A stretch of 64,000 nucleotides of DNA, from IMG/VR virus record IMGVR_UViG_3300042691_012617, positions 32,001 through 96,000 of that record; one strand, written 5' to 3'. The notes below the pieces were generated by a model. It ran no database searches, had not been told where the DNA came from, and worked only from the letters and a program-made list of their open reading frames with translations. This document shows positions 47,686-57,879 of this stretch, one piece after another. Position 1 is the first letter of the stretch. Every line of letters begins with the position of its first letter. The DNA comes from a virus. A program made the position numbers and the translations under genes.

Positions 47686-47687
47686 GG

Positions 47688-47981
47688 TTAGAACCTCACA
47701 ATTTCTGTTCCATTTTCTTTGACGATGACTGTCTTGTTATCGAACATAACCTTGGAGTTTGAAAGGACTTCTCCCGTCATTCCCGACAAGGATCTACATG
47801 CAGACATGATATTGTTGAGAGCGGCTTTGCCCTTCTTACATTGACATGCGTTTGGATTTGTATAGACTGCCATCAGCGCATAGAAATTGCCCATCACGCC
47901 ATGGGCAGCGGAATTGGCCCCACCCCGCGAGTGAATGTGGTTGAATAATGATTGCATGCTATCGAATGTAATTTCACTCAT
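47688..47981 (-). CDS. Hypothetical protein (CxC motif)
   Basis: Tightly packed in the operon. Confidence 0.5.
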   Translation of the reverse strand: MSEITFDSMQSLFNHIHSRGGANSAAHGVMGNFYALMAVYTNPNACQCKKGKAALNNIMSACRSLSGMTGEVLSNSKVMFDNKTVIVKENGTEIVRF

Positions 47982-48345
47982 CGGAGTTTTCTCCCACCTT
48001 GAAAAGAACCTTCTCTATTGCGCGGAATCCCGAGTATCCCAATTGAGACACAAAGTAGATAGGTGCGCCATATTGAAGTCCACAGAACCATGATGCCGCC
48101 AAAGCCAACCAAAATCCGAGGCAGTATCTGCATAGGAGGAGATCCAACAGGAACCCTCCATGATTGAGTTGCATGAACAAAGAGTACGAGAGCGACCAGT
48201 TGTCTTTCCGTTCGCGCTCGTACTCTAAGATGTGCGTGATGAAGTTCAGGAAAGGAAGTCTGCTCAGGTATGAGTACACCACACTTGTCTCGTAGACCAA
48301 GTAGAGAGCCAATGCGACCCAAAGTGATGCAAGAAGGACTTCCAT
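47974..48345 (-). CDS. Membrane protein, DUF1360-like
   Basis: Hydrophobic helices; LLLCRYCLGFW motif. Confidence 0.55.
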   Translation of the reverse strand: MEVLLASLWVALALYLVYETSVVYSYLSRLPFLNFITHILEYERERKDNWSLSYSLFMQLNHGGFLLDLLLCRYCLGFWLALAASWFCGLQYGAPIYFVSQLGYSGFRAIEKVLFKVGENSDE

Positions 48346-48361
48346 GACGAACTCATTGTAT

Positions 48362-50326
48362 TTAGCCTGTCCGAGTCAGGTCAACTACCTCACACTTGTC
48401 GCCCGAGCAAGCAAATGTTTGGTTTCCGACCGTGTTATCTTCCTTTTCATAATTGGAAAGCAGACTCCAATTTGCATCCTTTGGCATCTTGGCAAGGAGG
48501 GCTTCGTATTCTTCCTTTGTGCAGTCCTGATAAGGTGCCTGACGGTACGAGTGATCGGCAAAGGGAAGGAACGAGATTCCCGACACCTCATCGAAATGCT
48601 TGTACACCCATGCCCCGACATCCATCCATTCGTTCTCCTTGACGGTGACCGTGATGGACGGCTTGTGTTCACACCAATTGCGTTGATAGACGAGCCACAG
48701 GTTCAAGTGTTCAATTGCAGTCATGTCCTTGCGGAATACCGAACCGTCAGGAGACTTCATCGGAAACGAGAAGACCGTGGTGTGTTCAGGCTTCATGACA
48801 TCGGCTTCGTTCGGGAAGCCCATCTCCTTCATCATCTGACACAGCGGATCCTTGTTGTCTGCACGGACGGTGCGGATGTAATAGGGCGCGTGGCGGGCGT
48901 GGATGCCCGAGGCAGCGTCCGTCAACTGAGACACGGTTCCCGATGGCTTGACACAGGTGATCGCTGCCGATTGACTGATACCAATCCGATCTGCCCACTC
49001 CGAGTTGGTGATGACAGCCAACTGACGGAGATTGGAAAGAAGCAGAGACAGACCAAGTTCATCGTGGACCCCACTTCCCGATTGTCCATTCGTCAACTTG
49101 CAATCAAGGATTCCCGTAAGCGATACGCCGAGAAGTGCTTCCTCGCGGCAGTTCTTCGCCCACTCTGAAGAGATGTATTGGAAGTTCGTCAGCGAGGCTT
49201 GCATCGTGCCGAGAATGGTGGCAAGGCGAACCTTGCGCTTCAGGCTCTCTTCCGTATCGTTTTCACGAACAACTACTTCCGTCAGATTGCAGAACTCGCG
49301 GTCACGCAGGATGATCTCGCTGCACGGATTGGTTCCGAATGCATGTGTTGGATCGCGGCGGTCTCCCAACTTCGCTACCGTCTTCTGCGCTGCGGCACGA
49401 TTGAAGATACCGCGCTCACCACTCTTAGACTTGTAGAGAGAGACCCACTCCTCCATGAAGGTACCGATCTCAGGCTTTTCCTTGTAGGCAACGCTGTTGT
49501 TTGCGAGTGCCCGTTGTGCATTGGCTTCCCACCACGCACCACTCTTGGCATCGCGCATGCGCTCGTCCGTGAGATTGGACAGGCTGATGAGTGCCGAGCG
49601 ACGAACACCACCAACCACGACGATCTCAGCGATCTTGCAGACGATGTCGTGGCATTCGATGGAGGTCAACTTGCGACCCGCTGCCCTCTTGAATGTGTCC
49701 ACCGTAAATTGGAAGAGATCATTCAGCGGACGCGGACCACTTGCCCGACCACCGAACACCTTGAGTCGCGCACCCGCAGGACGAACCTTGGAGGTGTCCC
49801 ACTTCGGTACTTGACCAACGATCAGGAGTGAAACGAGTTCGCGGTACGCCTTTGCCCACCCCTGCTTGGAGTCAGCAACGATGATCGTGGTGTCGGTGTC
49901 GGAGAACTCTTCTGCGATGGTTGGCAACTTGTCAACGAACTCGCGTTCAACAGAGAAGCCCACGCCTGTGCCGCACATGAGGACATACAGGATCTCATCG
50001 AATGCGCGGACACGATTGACATGTGCATACGAGCAGTTGTATCCCGCGATGTTGTCACGCTCAAGTGCCTCTCCCGCCGTCATCAAGCAGCGCATGGACG
50101 GAAGCACTTCAAGGTTGAGGACTGCCGTGCGAAGTTCCTCTCGGACTTCCTTGGGCAACTTGAAGTTCTGATTGTCCTTCAGGTGCTTGTCGAAGAAGTT
50201 GAAGTAGCGGTCAACCGTCTCCGTCCAAGTCTCACGCCGACCCATGTCAGGTAGCCACCGACTGTATCTGCTAAGGTGAATGAACTGCTGATACGCTGTC
50301 GGAAGGCTATGTGGATCGTTGCTCAT
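48362..50326 (-). CDS. nrdJ: Class II (adenosylcobalamin-dependent) ribonucleotide reductase, RTPR-type
   Basis: GYNCS, LMCGTGVGFSV, VVVGGVRRSALISL, GTNPCSEI..FCNLTE, TCVKPSGTVSQL, EHKPSIT, C-terminal ACSGDKC. Confidence 0.92.
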   Translation of the reverse strand: MSNDPHSLPTAYQQFIHLSRYSRWLPDMGRRETWTETVDRYFNFFDKHLKDNQNFKLPKEVREELRTAVLNLEVLPSMRCLMTAGEALERDNIAGYNCSYAHVNRVRAFDEILYVLMCGTGVGFSVEREFVDKLPTIAEEFSDTDTTIIVADSKQGWAKAYRELVSLLIVGQVPKWDTSKVRPAGARLKVFGGRASGPRPLNDLFQFTVDTFKRAAGRKLTSIECHDIVCKIAEIVVVGGVRRSALISLSNLTDERMRDAKSGAWWEANAQRALANNSVAYKEKPEIGTFMEEWVSLYKSKSGERGIFNRAAAQKTVAKLGDRRDPTHAFGTNPCSEIILRDREFCNLTEVVVRENDTEESLKRKVRLATILGTMQASLTNFQYISSEWAKNCREEALLGVSLTGILDCKLTNGQSGSGVHDELGLSLLLSNLRQLAVITNSEWADRIGISQSAAITCVKPSGTVSQLTDAASGIHARHAPYYIRTVRADNKDPLCQMMKEMGFPNEADVMKPEHTTVFSFPMKSPDGSVFRKDMTAIEHLNLWLVYQRNWCEHKPSITVTVKENEWMDVGAWVYKHFDEVSGISFLPFADHSYRQAPYQDCTKEEYEALLAKMPKDANWSLLSNYEKEDNTVGNQTFACSGDKCEVVDLTRTG

Positions 50327-50356
50327 TGTGTACTCCTGAAAGTTAAGATGCGAGGA

Positions 50357-50363
50357 TATTTAG
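50357..50363 (-). promoter_or_regulatory. Late promoter CTAAATA upstream of nrdJ
   Basis: Motif in the intergenic region before the AGGAG SD. Confidence 0.6.
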
Positions 50364-50365
50364 AG

Positions 50366-50394
50366 GAACACCCGCTTGTTCGCAGCGGGTGTTC
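50366..50394. terminator. Strong hairpin between the fibre cluster and nrdJ
   Basis: GAACACCCGC(T)TG-TTCG-CAGCGGGTGTTC inverted repeat. Confidence 0.55.
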
Positions 50395-50464
50395 TTGTCA
50401 GTCGAACAGATTTGTTCTGTGAACTACACAGGATGTTTTGATCTAAGTCAAGACACTCAGCCGA

Positions 50465-51991
50465 TTATCCATTTAATGGATTATATGGGCATAGGGGTCT
50501 ATAACCGCGATATTCACATTCCATCTGCTGCACATTTACATTACCGCCCTGCCCCTCATTCTGACAATCCGAGCAGTAAATTGGTTGTGGGACACCCTTG
50601 GAATTTGTGGGCACACAATCCATGGTGTTCATTTCGGTATACGCAACGGATCCTGCGTTACCGCCATTATCTGGATCACATCCAAACCATTGAATCAATC
50701 TAGCATTTCCCGTGCTTCCATATTCGGGGTCGTGTGATACCTCATCAAGGTGAACTACATGACCGAATTTCACGATTGGATCACTTGGATCAGATTGATT
50801 GTTTGTGCATTGAGTGTCGAAAAGCACATTTGCATTTCCGATCACATAAATGTGCTTCCACTTGTCGGGATTGTTTCCTGCCGCTTGGAATGCATCCTTA
50901 TCCCACATGAACACATTCGGATAAATGAATGTGTACCCAACTGCTCCCAAGTTGGTTGCTAGGTTTTCAAGATAGTACCTGACATTTTGTTTACCGCTAG
51001 GAGACTGCACACCACTCGGATCGGCAGAAAACAAAGATGTGATTGCAGTTTTCAGATCAGGATAATTTGAATCAGCATCGGGTTCGTTTCCACCATGAAC
51101 TTGGTACCATATTGCATGAACCAAAGACCAAACCGAGCATGTCGGGACGGGAATAAAACCGCTACTAGGGTTTACATACGACTGTGGATTGAAGCATTGG
51201 AACGAGTAGTAACCACTTCCATTCCCTGGGTTTCCTACAGGTGTAGAGTAGTGACCTATTCCCGAATTGCTGCGAACCGTAAAGCACGATTGATCTTGGC
51301 AAGCACCATATGAGCATGGATTTGTGCTAGGCGAATTCAACGATGTGTCTGCACCGAAAAGAGGAAGATTCAACACGCTGTTTGCCGAAGGCCATGCTCG
51401 ACCTGAAATTGACAATTCGTTTTGTTTGATTCCACTTCCACCCGCCGAATCCCAAAATGTGGGTATTGTTCCATTGCATGATGGATCAGCACCCCAACCG
51501 AAATACTTGTACCTATTTCTTCCGCTAATCACCATGGCACGATCAGGCACGGAAAGTGCGTTGTATTTGAAGCAGATTGAACCACCTGTGATTTGCGTTG
51601 GTTCTGTTGACGGGCTATTTGGAGTTCTATAATAATAGTTGTGTTTTCTTCCCGTTCTCTCTTCAAAATCACAGATTCCGCTATACACAACAGGCGTTGA
51701 ATCGTTTGTTGTATAGCAGTAAAGGGGAGAATTAATTCTGTATTCAACAGGTTTGCCTGGATTTGTGATCTCGCCGCCAATCAAAATTGGCTGACCACCG
51801 CATGGCGGGCCACCGATCACAATATCCTCGCAGTCAAAAACTACACATGGATTTATTCCACCATCGGGATCGGGTGGACACACACCCACGCATATCGAAG
51901 AAACATCATCGGCTTCATTACAAATCGGAGGTGGGGGACATTCTGCTGTTCCGACCTTGCGAGGAAGAAGTTTATGCCATGCGAATCCCAT
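50465..51991 (-). CDS. Cys/Pro-rich hypothetical protein, probably virion-associated
   Basis: Last gene of the fibre cluster; many Cys; AGAGGA SD. Confidence 0.55.
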   Translation of the reverse strand: MGFAWHKLLPRKVGTAECPPPPICNEADDVSSICVGVCPPDPDGGINPCVVFDCEDIVIGGPPCGGQPILIGGEITNPGKPVEYRINSPLYCYTTNDSTPVVYSGICDFEERTGRKHNYYYRTPNSPSTEPTQITGGSICFKYNALSVPDRAMVISGRNRYKYFGWGADPSCNGTIPTFWDSAGGSGIKQNELSISGRAWPSANSVLNLPLFGADTSLNSPSTNPCSYGACQDQSCFTVRSNSGIGHYSTPVGNPGNGSGYYSFQCFNPQSYVNPSSGFIPVPTCSVWSLVHAIWYQVHGGNEPDADSNYPDLKTAITSLFSADPSGVQSPSGKQNVRYYLENLATNLGAVGYTFIYPNVFMWDKDAFQAAGNNPDKWKHIYVIGNANVLFDTQCTNNQSDPSDPIVKFGHVVHLDEVSHDPEYGSTGNARLIQWFGCDPDNGGNAGSVAYTEMNTMDCVPTNSKGVPQPIYCSDCQNEGQGGNVNVQQMECEYRGYRPLCPYNPLNG

Positions 51992-52006
51992 TACAATTCC
52001 TCTTTC

Positions 52007-53593
52007 TCAACTGATTGAAATACCCGCGCCTGTAATTCCTGATGCGATCACGAATCCCATTGTCAATCCTTCACCGACCGAGTTTTTGTTGACTCGCATG
52101 AGGGTCAGCATTGCAACAGATCCCGTCACCGCACCATTTGTGATTGTATCGGGAGAGAAGAAAATAGGTCGAGTCAATCCATCTGTCAAGATGCTTGGAT
52201 CAAACTGTCCCGTGTATCCATTAACGCTGTTTTGCTTGATGATTACAGCAATAGTTTCTACTGCTGTGTTCAAGGCATGCCAATTTGACCCTGCCTTGAT
52301 CGTCACCGTGCCGTTTGGTGTGATGTTATAACGCTGAATACTTCCCGACATGCCGTTGATGACAACTTCATTTGTACCCGAGTTTAGCGTATAGACCGTG
52401 GCTGCTTCAGTTGGATTTCGATAGATGCCGCCTGTGATATTTGTGTTTGCACCAAATGCCATGTTCGAACCAGTAATCGTGAATTTACTTCCCGATGCAG
52501 TTCCAAATGTAAGCGATGTGCCGTCGAAGACAAAGTTGTTGCTGGCCGTCATTCCGCCGACAGAACGGTATAGATTGCTGATGAAGGCGATTCCATGTTG
52601 TCCACCCGTGACAGCAACTGCGCCTGTTGCTCCGTTGAAAGAAGTTACACCAACATTGATAATGGTCTTTCCTGCACCAAGGACGATTGCTGATCCTGCC
52701 TGTACTGTGTCACCTGTGACTTGATATGCACCCGTCAGTACTAGGTGACCAGTAGAACCGATACCAAAGAATCGCGGGTCGAAAGACGCAGAACCTGTGG
52801 CAGCATAAGTGCCAAACGGAATTCTGAATACAACTGGCCCCGTCAATCCATTGAAGGAGGTGACACCGATGTTGTAGATCGTGTCAGTTCTGCCCGTTGT
52901 TGCAATACCAATACCCGACCCTGCAACGGTGATTACGGTGTCGCCTGTGACTTGATACGCAGAGGCTAGGTTGACTTCACCAGTTGCAGAGATAGTGAAG
53001 TGGGTCGAGTCGAAGAAAGCCATACCAATCTTAGAATTGGTGGCAGTCAGACCTTCGATTTGATAGTTGCCTTTCGATACCTTTGTAAAGGCTACTCCTG
53101 TTGCACCTTCGATGCTAATAGTGCTACCAAAAGTATAATCTTCGCCACCCTTGGTTTGATCAGTAAGAGAAAGCATTCTTCCTGTGATCTTTGCATGTCC
53201 TGTTGTGGTCACGCTAAAGTACACGGGGTCGAATGATGCAATTCCTGTAAGAGATGTCGTTGCAAACTTGTGACTGACAATACCCCCCGCGACATCAAAG
53301 CGGTCGTTGAAACCCGCAACGCCCGTCACAGCAACAGCACTCAAACGAACCGTGCCAAAACCATCTAGAACGCGGAAAGCACCACCGTCTCCTGTGGCTC
53401 CTGCTCCAGTTGGTCCCGTGTTTCCAGTTGCGCCTGCGGGGCCTGCGTCTCCCTGATCCCCCTTCGGTCCTTGGGAACCGACAACGCTACCGTCAACGAT
53501 GTTCCAAACACCACTAGCGGCATCGTATTCCCACACGATGTTACCGTATTTGTACTCTGCGCCGTTTGTTACGCCTATAGGAGGATTAAACAT
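52007..53593 (-). CDS. Tail fibre-like protein with collagen-like segment and shared repeat modules
   Basis: GPKGDQGDAGPAGATGNTGPTG; TGxASF and NIGVTSFNGLTG modules. Confidence 0.7.
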   Translation of the reverse strand: MFNPPIGVTNGAEYKYGNIVWEYDAASGVWNIVDGSVVGSQGPKGDQGDAGPAGATGNTGPTGAGATGDGGAFRVLDGFGTVRLSAVAVTGVAGFNDRFDVAGGIVSHKFATTSLTGIASFDPVYFSVTTTGHAKITGRMLSLTDQTKGGEDYTFGSTISIEGATGVAFTKVSKGNYQIEGLTATNSKIGMAFFDSTHFTISATGEVNLASAYQVTGDTVITVAGSGIGIATTGRTDTIYNIGVTSFNGLTGPVVFRIPFGTYAATGSASFDPRFFGIGSTGHLVLTGAYQVTGDTVQAGSAIVLGAGKTIINVGVTSFNGATGAVAVTGGQHGIAFISNLYRSVGGMTASNNFVFDGTSLTFGTASGSKFTITGSNMAFGANTNITGGIYRNPTEAATVYTLNSGTNEVVINGMSGSIQRYNITPNGTVTIKAGSNWHALNTAVETIAVIIKQNSVNGYTGQFDPSILTDGLTRPIFFSPDTITNGAVTGSVAMLTLMRVNKNSVGEGLTMGFVIASGITGAGISIS

Positions 53594-53621
53594 GTCAGTC
53601 GGTTCCTTTGCTTTCCGCTAT

Positions 53622-54017
53622 TTATGAGAAGGTTCCACCGTCGATCTTGCCGCTGCGAAGCAGGGGCTTCCAACCATTTGTCGAGTCGTATTGGTAAAAT
53701 GATTCGGTTCTTTTGTCATAGACGATTCCGAATGAGGTCTCGCCGTTTCCAACGCTTTTGTGTATCTCCCAATCCAATCCGTTGTACCGCACAATGTCAT
53801 TATTGTTTAGGTTTGGAATAGAGATGGGAGAGGAACTTGCATTTCTGATGATGTACTTGACATTCGCAACTGCGGAGATTGTCTCGCTAGAGTTCTCCAG
53901 TATCTTGTCAACAGAAAAATCAATATCAGAACTGTTCATCAGATGATAGAACGCCGAAGTCAGAACAGAGTTTTCTCTGTTGTTTTGAACAATGATGTCA
54001 GCAAATTTAATCGGCAT
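53622..54017 (-). CDS. Small fibre-associated protein, paralog of the next gene's N-terminus
   Basis: MPIKFADII..NRE..YHLM.S..IDF.VD shared with 54024-56876; ends IDGGTF. Confidence 0.6.
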   Translation of the reverse strand: MPIKFADIIVQNNRENSVLTSAFYHLMNSSDIDFSVDKILENSSETISAVANVKYIIRNASSSPISIPNLNNNDIVRYNGLDWEIHKSVGNGETSFGIVYDKRTESFYQYDSTNGWKPLLRSGKIDGGTFS

Positions 54018-54023
54018 AGTTCA

Positions 54024-56876
54024 TCACAACTGTCCTGAGTTCTCTCCAGTATCGACTTTGATGACTCCGAGGTTTGGGTTATTTGTTCTGTAGATGTAGT
54101 AATCCTCAGCAAATCCATTCAAGTTTGCGTAAGAGTGAGAACTTGATCCTGGAATTCCTGCAAACCCTTGTGGGTCGAAACCACCGATGGGGGCATCATC
54201 GATGGAGAAGAAGACCGCCGCACCCAACCTCTTTGGATATGCGAAGTATCCAAAGAGATCTCCATCAGAGGTGTTTGCAGTCAAAGAAAGATTGAATGTT
54301 TGATCAAGGCTGTTGGTCAATGTGCGAACGAATCCAACTCCCGTAAGCGCAGAACCGCTAGCCAACGAAGATGCATTTGTAACGCCCCATACGAGGTGGT
54401 TATAGAAGTTGTAGGTCGGACCTACGATTGAAGAAGCCGCATTTCCTGTCCCGCGCAAACGAAGTGTCACGGAACCACCAATACCCGATGTTAGGGATAC
54501 TCCTGATGGTACAGTTCCCGACAAAGTTTGCTTATCTGCTGTTGTGCTGAAGGTAATTGGGAATCCCACTCCTTCGTTTGCGGCTTCCACATAAATGTGT
54601 GCCGTAAGTGCAGGGCCCGAGATAAGTGTTGATGTATAGGAAACTCCTGCGATTGAGTAGTTTGAGTTTCCCTTCAACACATTCTTCGATTGAGCCGAAC
54701 TTACACTATCAAACACGAATGTTGAGAAGGAGAAAGTAAAGTCTGTTGGCTTGAATACATCGTAGTTTCGAATGAAGTCGAAGGTAAGACTGCCATCATC
54801 CATCAAGAATGCAACCTTACGGGCCTGACCAAGATCCGTTCCTAGGGTGTTGTTCGAAGCGTGACTTATGCCCGAGTTGGTTTCGAACAGAGTTGCACCG
54901 ATGTCAAGGCTACCCTCATCGCCCTTCGGGATGAAGTTGACAGATATTTGAGTGTTTGATGCAAACGCCGAAGCACCTGTCATTCCTACAAGCAAAGTGC
55001 CGACAAATTCAATATGGTTTGTGAAATCATGTGCAGTTCCAACTCGGAAGATAACACTTCCCGTGGATCCTGCCTCATTCACAGCCCGAACAATAATTGT
55101 TCCCTTTACCGTCGATGTGCTGTCATCCCAAGTCGCAAGATATCCCTGTTGACCATATCCAAATCTATCTGTTTTGCTAATTATGAATCCAGTTCCGCTC
55201 GGAACAATTCCGAGAAGACCATTAACAGTTCCCCACGGCTGACCCGAAGGATTGCTTGACAGCCAGTTGTATTGGAGTCCTGCTGCCTGACCAGTTGATC
55301 CTTTGATGCCAGTTGCACCAGTTGGACCTCTGACATAACCGATGTCTAGAAGATCAGATTGAGAACCATCGGCAAGTTGATACCTACCCTGCAACCAACC
55401 ACTTGCGTTTACAGCAAGAGCCGTAAGACCGCTACCTGTGGCACCCGTGTTGCCTGTTCCACCGACAGCCCCTGTCGGACCTGTGCTGCCTGTTGGACCT
55501 AGAACAACGCCAACAATGAATTCGGATGTGGTTCCATCAGAGAAGATGTACTGCGCTACAAGTTCTCTGCCACCTGAAATTCCAAGACCCGTGATACCTT
55601 GACCAGTTGCACCTGTGGCACCTGTACTGCCTCTGACATAACCGATGTCAAAGAGAGCAGACTGAGATCCATCTGCAAGTTGATATCTTCCTTGCAACCA
55701 ACCATTTGCTGCTACAGCAAGAGCCGTAAGACCACCACCCGTGTTGCCTGTATTACCTCTGACATAACCGATGTCAAAGAGTGCAGACTCAGAACCATCA
55801 GCAAGTTGATACTTGCCTTGCAACCAACCGCTTGTGTTTACAGCAAGGGCTGTAAGACCGCTACCCGTTGAACCCGTGCTGCCTGTCGTTCCTGCGGCAC
55901 CCGTATTACCCGTATTACCTCTGACATATCCAATGTCAAAATATCCCGAGGTAGTGCCGTTGGCAAATAGCCATTGACCTCTCAGGATGCCTGTGATGTC
56001 ATCTACGCTAAGTGATGTAAGTCCAGTACCCGTGGCACCCGTGGAACCCGTGTTACCAGTTGTGCCTACTGCGCCAGTTGGGCCTGTGTTGCCTGTTGCA
56101 CCCATCGGGCCAGCAGGGCCTTGACCAACGCCTGCCACACCCGTCTGAACCCATGCGTTTCCGAAACGGACATAGTTACGGAAAGGGTCGCTAGACGGTC
56201 CTGTAGCAATGATCAGTCTATCGCCTGTAAAGCCTGCGCCTGAGAGACCATAAGGAAATTGAAATCCAGTTGTTCCTGTCAGTCCAAAAAAGTTGCGAGG
56301 CGTGGAAACTGTCGCGCCGTCAGCAAACTTTATTGCTGTGTCTGTTCCAAGTACAAGTTGCTTGGTCGTATTGTTGAACAGGAGCAACGCAGAACCCGAA
56401 AGCGACCCGTCTGCTTGCTTGAACTGAACCGACCACTCTTCGCCCGCGCCGCCTGTAAGAGAACCCGATCCAATAGCAACCCACTCTGTGCCGTTGTAAT
56501 AATAGATCTTACTGTCGTACTTGTTGAATACGACGATACCAGTATTTGTTTTTGCGTTCGTTACATCGGTGTAGAGTTCATACGCAGTTGTTCCGCGCAT
56601 GAAGATATCGTTGTTTGCCGCACCACTAGGAGTCGCATTTGCCCCCGATCCACCGCCCCATGACACCCAAGTAGCCGTACTTGTAACGACATACTTGGTT
56701 CCATATGAGGTTGATGGACTTCCGCCGCTGTTGTAGCGGGTTATGTCTGTTCCAACAATTCCATCGACAGTAAAGTCGATGTTTGCCGAGTGCATCAGAT
56801 GGAAGTAACCTACCGAAGAAGAAACATTCTCCTCACGATTAAGTTGCTCAATGATGTCTGAGAATTGAATAGGCAT
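54024..56876 (-). CDS. Collagen-like repeat fibre protein
   Basis: G-x-T triplet runs alternating with GLTALAV..GWLQG.YQLADGS.S.LFDIGYVRG modules. Confidence 0.72.
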   Translation of the reverse strand: MPIQFSDIIEQLNREENVSSSVGYFHLMHSANIDFTVDGIVGTDITRYNSGGSPSTSYGTKYVVTSTATWVSWGGGSGANATPSGAANNDIFMRGTTAYELYTDVTNAKTNTGIVVFNKYDSKIYYYNGTEWVAIGSGSLTGGAGEEWSVQFKQADGSLSGSALLLFNNTTKQLVLGTDTAIKFADGATVSTPRNFFGLTGTTGFQFPYGLSGAGFTGDRLIIATGPSSDPFRNYVRFGNAWVQTGVAGVGQGPAGPMGATGNTGPTGAVGTTGNTGSTGATGTGLTSLSVDDITGILRGQWLFANGTTSGYFDIGYVRGNTGNTGAAGTTGSTGSTGSGLTALAVNTSGWLQGKYQLADGSESALFDIGYVRGNTGNTGGGLTALAVAANGWLQGRYQLADGSQSALFDIGYVRGSTGATGATGQGITGLGISGGRELVAQYIFSDGTTSEFIVGVVLGPTGSTGPTGAVGGTGNTGATGSGLTALAVNASGWLQGRYQLADGSQSDLLDIGYVRGPTGATGIKGSTGQAAGLQYNWLSSNPSGQPWGTVNGLLGIVPSGTGFIISKTDRFGYGQQGYLATWDDSTSTVKGTIIVRAVNEAGSTGSVIFRVGTAHDFTNHIEFVGTLLVGMTGASAFASNTQISVNFIPKGDEGSLDIGATLFETNSGISHASNNTLGTDLGQARKVAFLMDDGSLTFDFIRNYDVFKPTDFTFSFSTFVFDSVSSAQSKNVLKGNSNYSIAGVSYTSTLISGPALTAHIYVEAANEGVGFPITFSTTADKQTLSGTVPSGVSLTSGIGGSVTLRLRGTGNAASSIVGPTYNFYNHLVWGVTNASSLASGSALTGVGFVRTLTNSLDQTFNLSLTANTSDGDLFGYFAYPKRLGAAVFFSIDDAPIGGFDPQGFAGIPGSSSHSYANLNGFAEDYYIYRTNNPNLGVIKVDTGENSGQL

Positions 56877-56896
56877 GGATGCTCCAGTTTTCTACC

Positions 56897-57871
56897 TTAT
56901 GTTGCGACCGTTCTTACCTCAATCAACGACCCAAAGTTTGGATTTCGGCTCCTCGTCACATAGAAAGGTTCCGTGAAGCCCAAAGAGTTGGAACTTGTCA
57001 CAGACGCATCACCTGGGATGTCGAACTGACCCTGTAAATACATCCCGCCATATGGACTGTTATTTATGCTCTGTTTTATGCTGCCCAATCTTGTGGGGAA
57101 TGCATAGTACATGTACTCTTCGTATTCTGTAGTTATGTTTACTGTATGTGGAAATGCGGTCGAAACCTCAGTTGTTAAGAGCGCATTCGTCAGGATAGAC
57201 TGTATTTGAGTTCCGTTCAGATTGCTCTGTGTACTCTTTCCCCACCGCACTTCGTTTCCAATCCCTACGGTGAATTCATGACTGTCTCCTGCACCCCCGT
57301 TACCTGTCACCACCAACTTGAGAGTCACGGAATCACCAACCCCCGCTGTGATGGTTTCTGATGTGAATGTTATCGAATCCATCGCAGAAGTTGGAAAATA
57401 GACAGGAAACCCAGTTCCCTGCGTTGGGTCTGTTAAGTAGATCGCTCCTGTAACAGGAACAACCCCACCCGCATAGGTGACCGAAATGCTCTCTCCTGCC
57501 AAACTGTGATTCGTGTTGCCCTTCATCACGATGTCATCTATCGTCGTGGTGAAAGTATCGATGAGAAGAAGTGTGGTCCCCGCCGCACCTGTCGGACCTG
57601 TCGGACCTTGAGGACCGAGACCACTTGGTGTGAACAGAACCCAATCAGAGTCCGATGTTCCGCCGACCAATGCATAGTATGAATCGACATTCTGAACATA
57701 CACCATCATGCCTTCTTCGCGGCGTTCTTGCGCGATGGCATTTCTTTGTGCAGTCGTACCGACAGAGCGAAGACCGCCCAATCCATACTGTGGATCAGTT
57801 ACTGCATAGGTAGCCAACTCCGATGTCGGAGCGATGATACCCGTGATTGGAACTGTTCCCGTGATTGGCAT
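56897..57871 (-). CDS. Fibre/decoration protein
   Basis: RNAIAQERREEGMMVYV module, short collagen linker, shared C-terminal domain. Confidence 0.62.
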   Translation of the reverse strand: MPITGTVPITGIIAPTSELATYAVTDPQYGLGGLRSVGTTAQRNAIAQERREEGMMVYVQNVDSYYALVGGTSDSDWVLFTPSGLGPQGPTGPTGAAGTTLLLIDTFTTTIDDIVMKGNTNHSLAGESISVTYAGGVVPVTGAIYLTDPTQGTGFPVYFPTSAMDSITFTSETITAGVGDSVTLKLVVTGNGGAGDSHEFTVGIGNEVRWGKSTQSNLNGTQIQSILTNALLTTEVSTAFPHTVNITTEYEEYMYYAFPTRLGSIKQSINNSPYGGMYLQGQFDIPGDASVTSSNSLGFTEPFYVTRSRNPNFGSLIEVRTVAT

Positions 57872-57879
57872 GATCTATA

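Noticed and set aside
562-49831. Long antisense ORFs (e.g. 562-1368, 26524-27363, 36602-37294, 39172-39855, 48344-49168, 49178-49831)
   Set aside because: They lie opposite well-supported genes, lack motifs and SD sites, and are explained by codon-bias shadows
36209-50326. Inteins, introns or homing endonucleases in uvsW, gp46, gp47 or nrdJ
   Set aside because: The proteins have normal length with contiguous motifs; no LAGLIDADG, HNH or GIY-YIG ORF was recognised
50366-50425. LexA box upstream of nrdJ
   Set aside because: GAAC/GTTC half-site spacings do not match the GAAC-N4-GTTC, GTTC-N7-GTTC or TGTTC-N4-GAACA patterns I know
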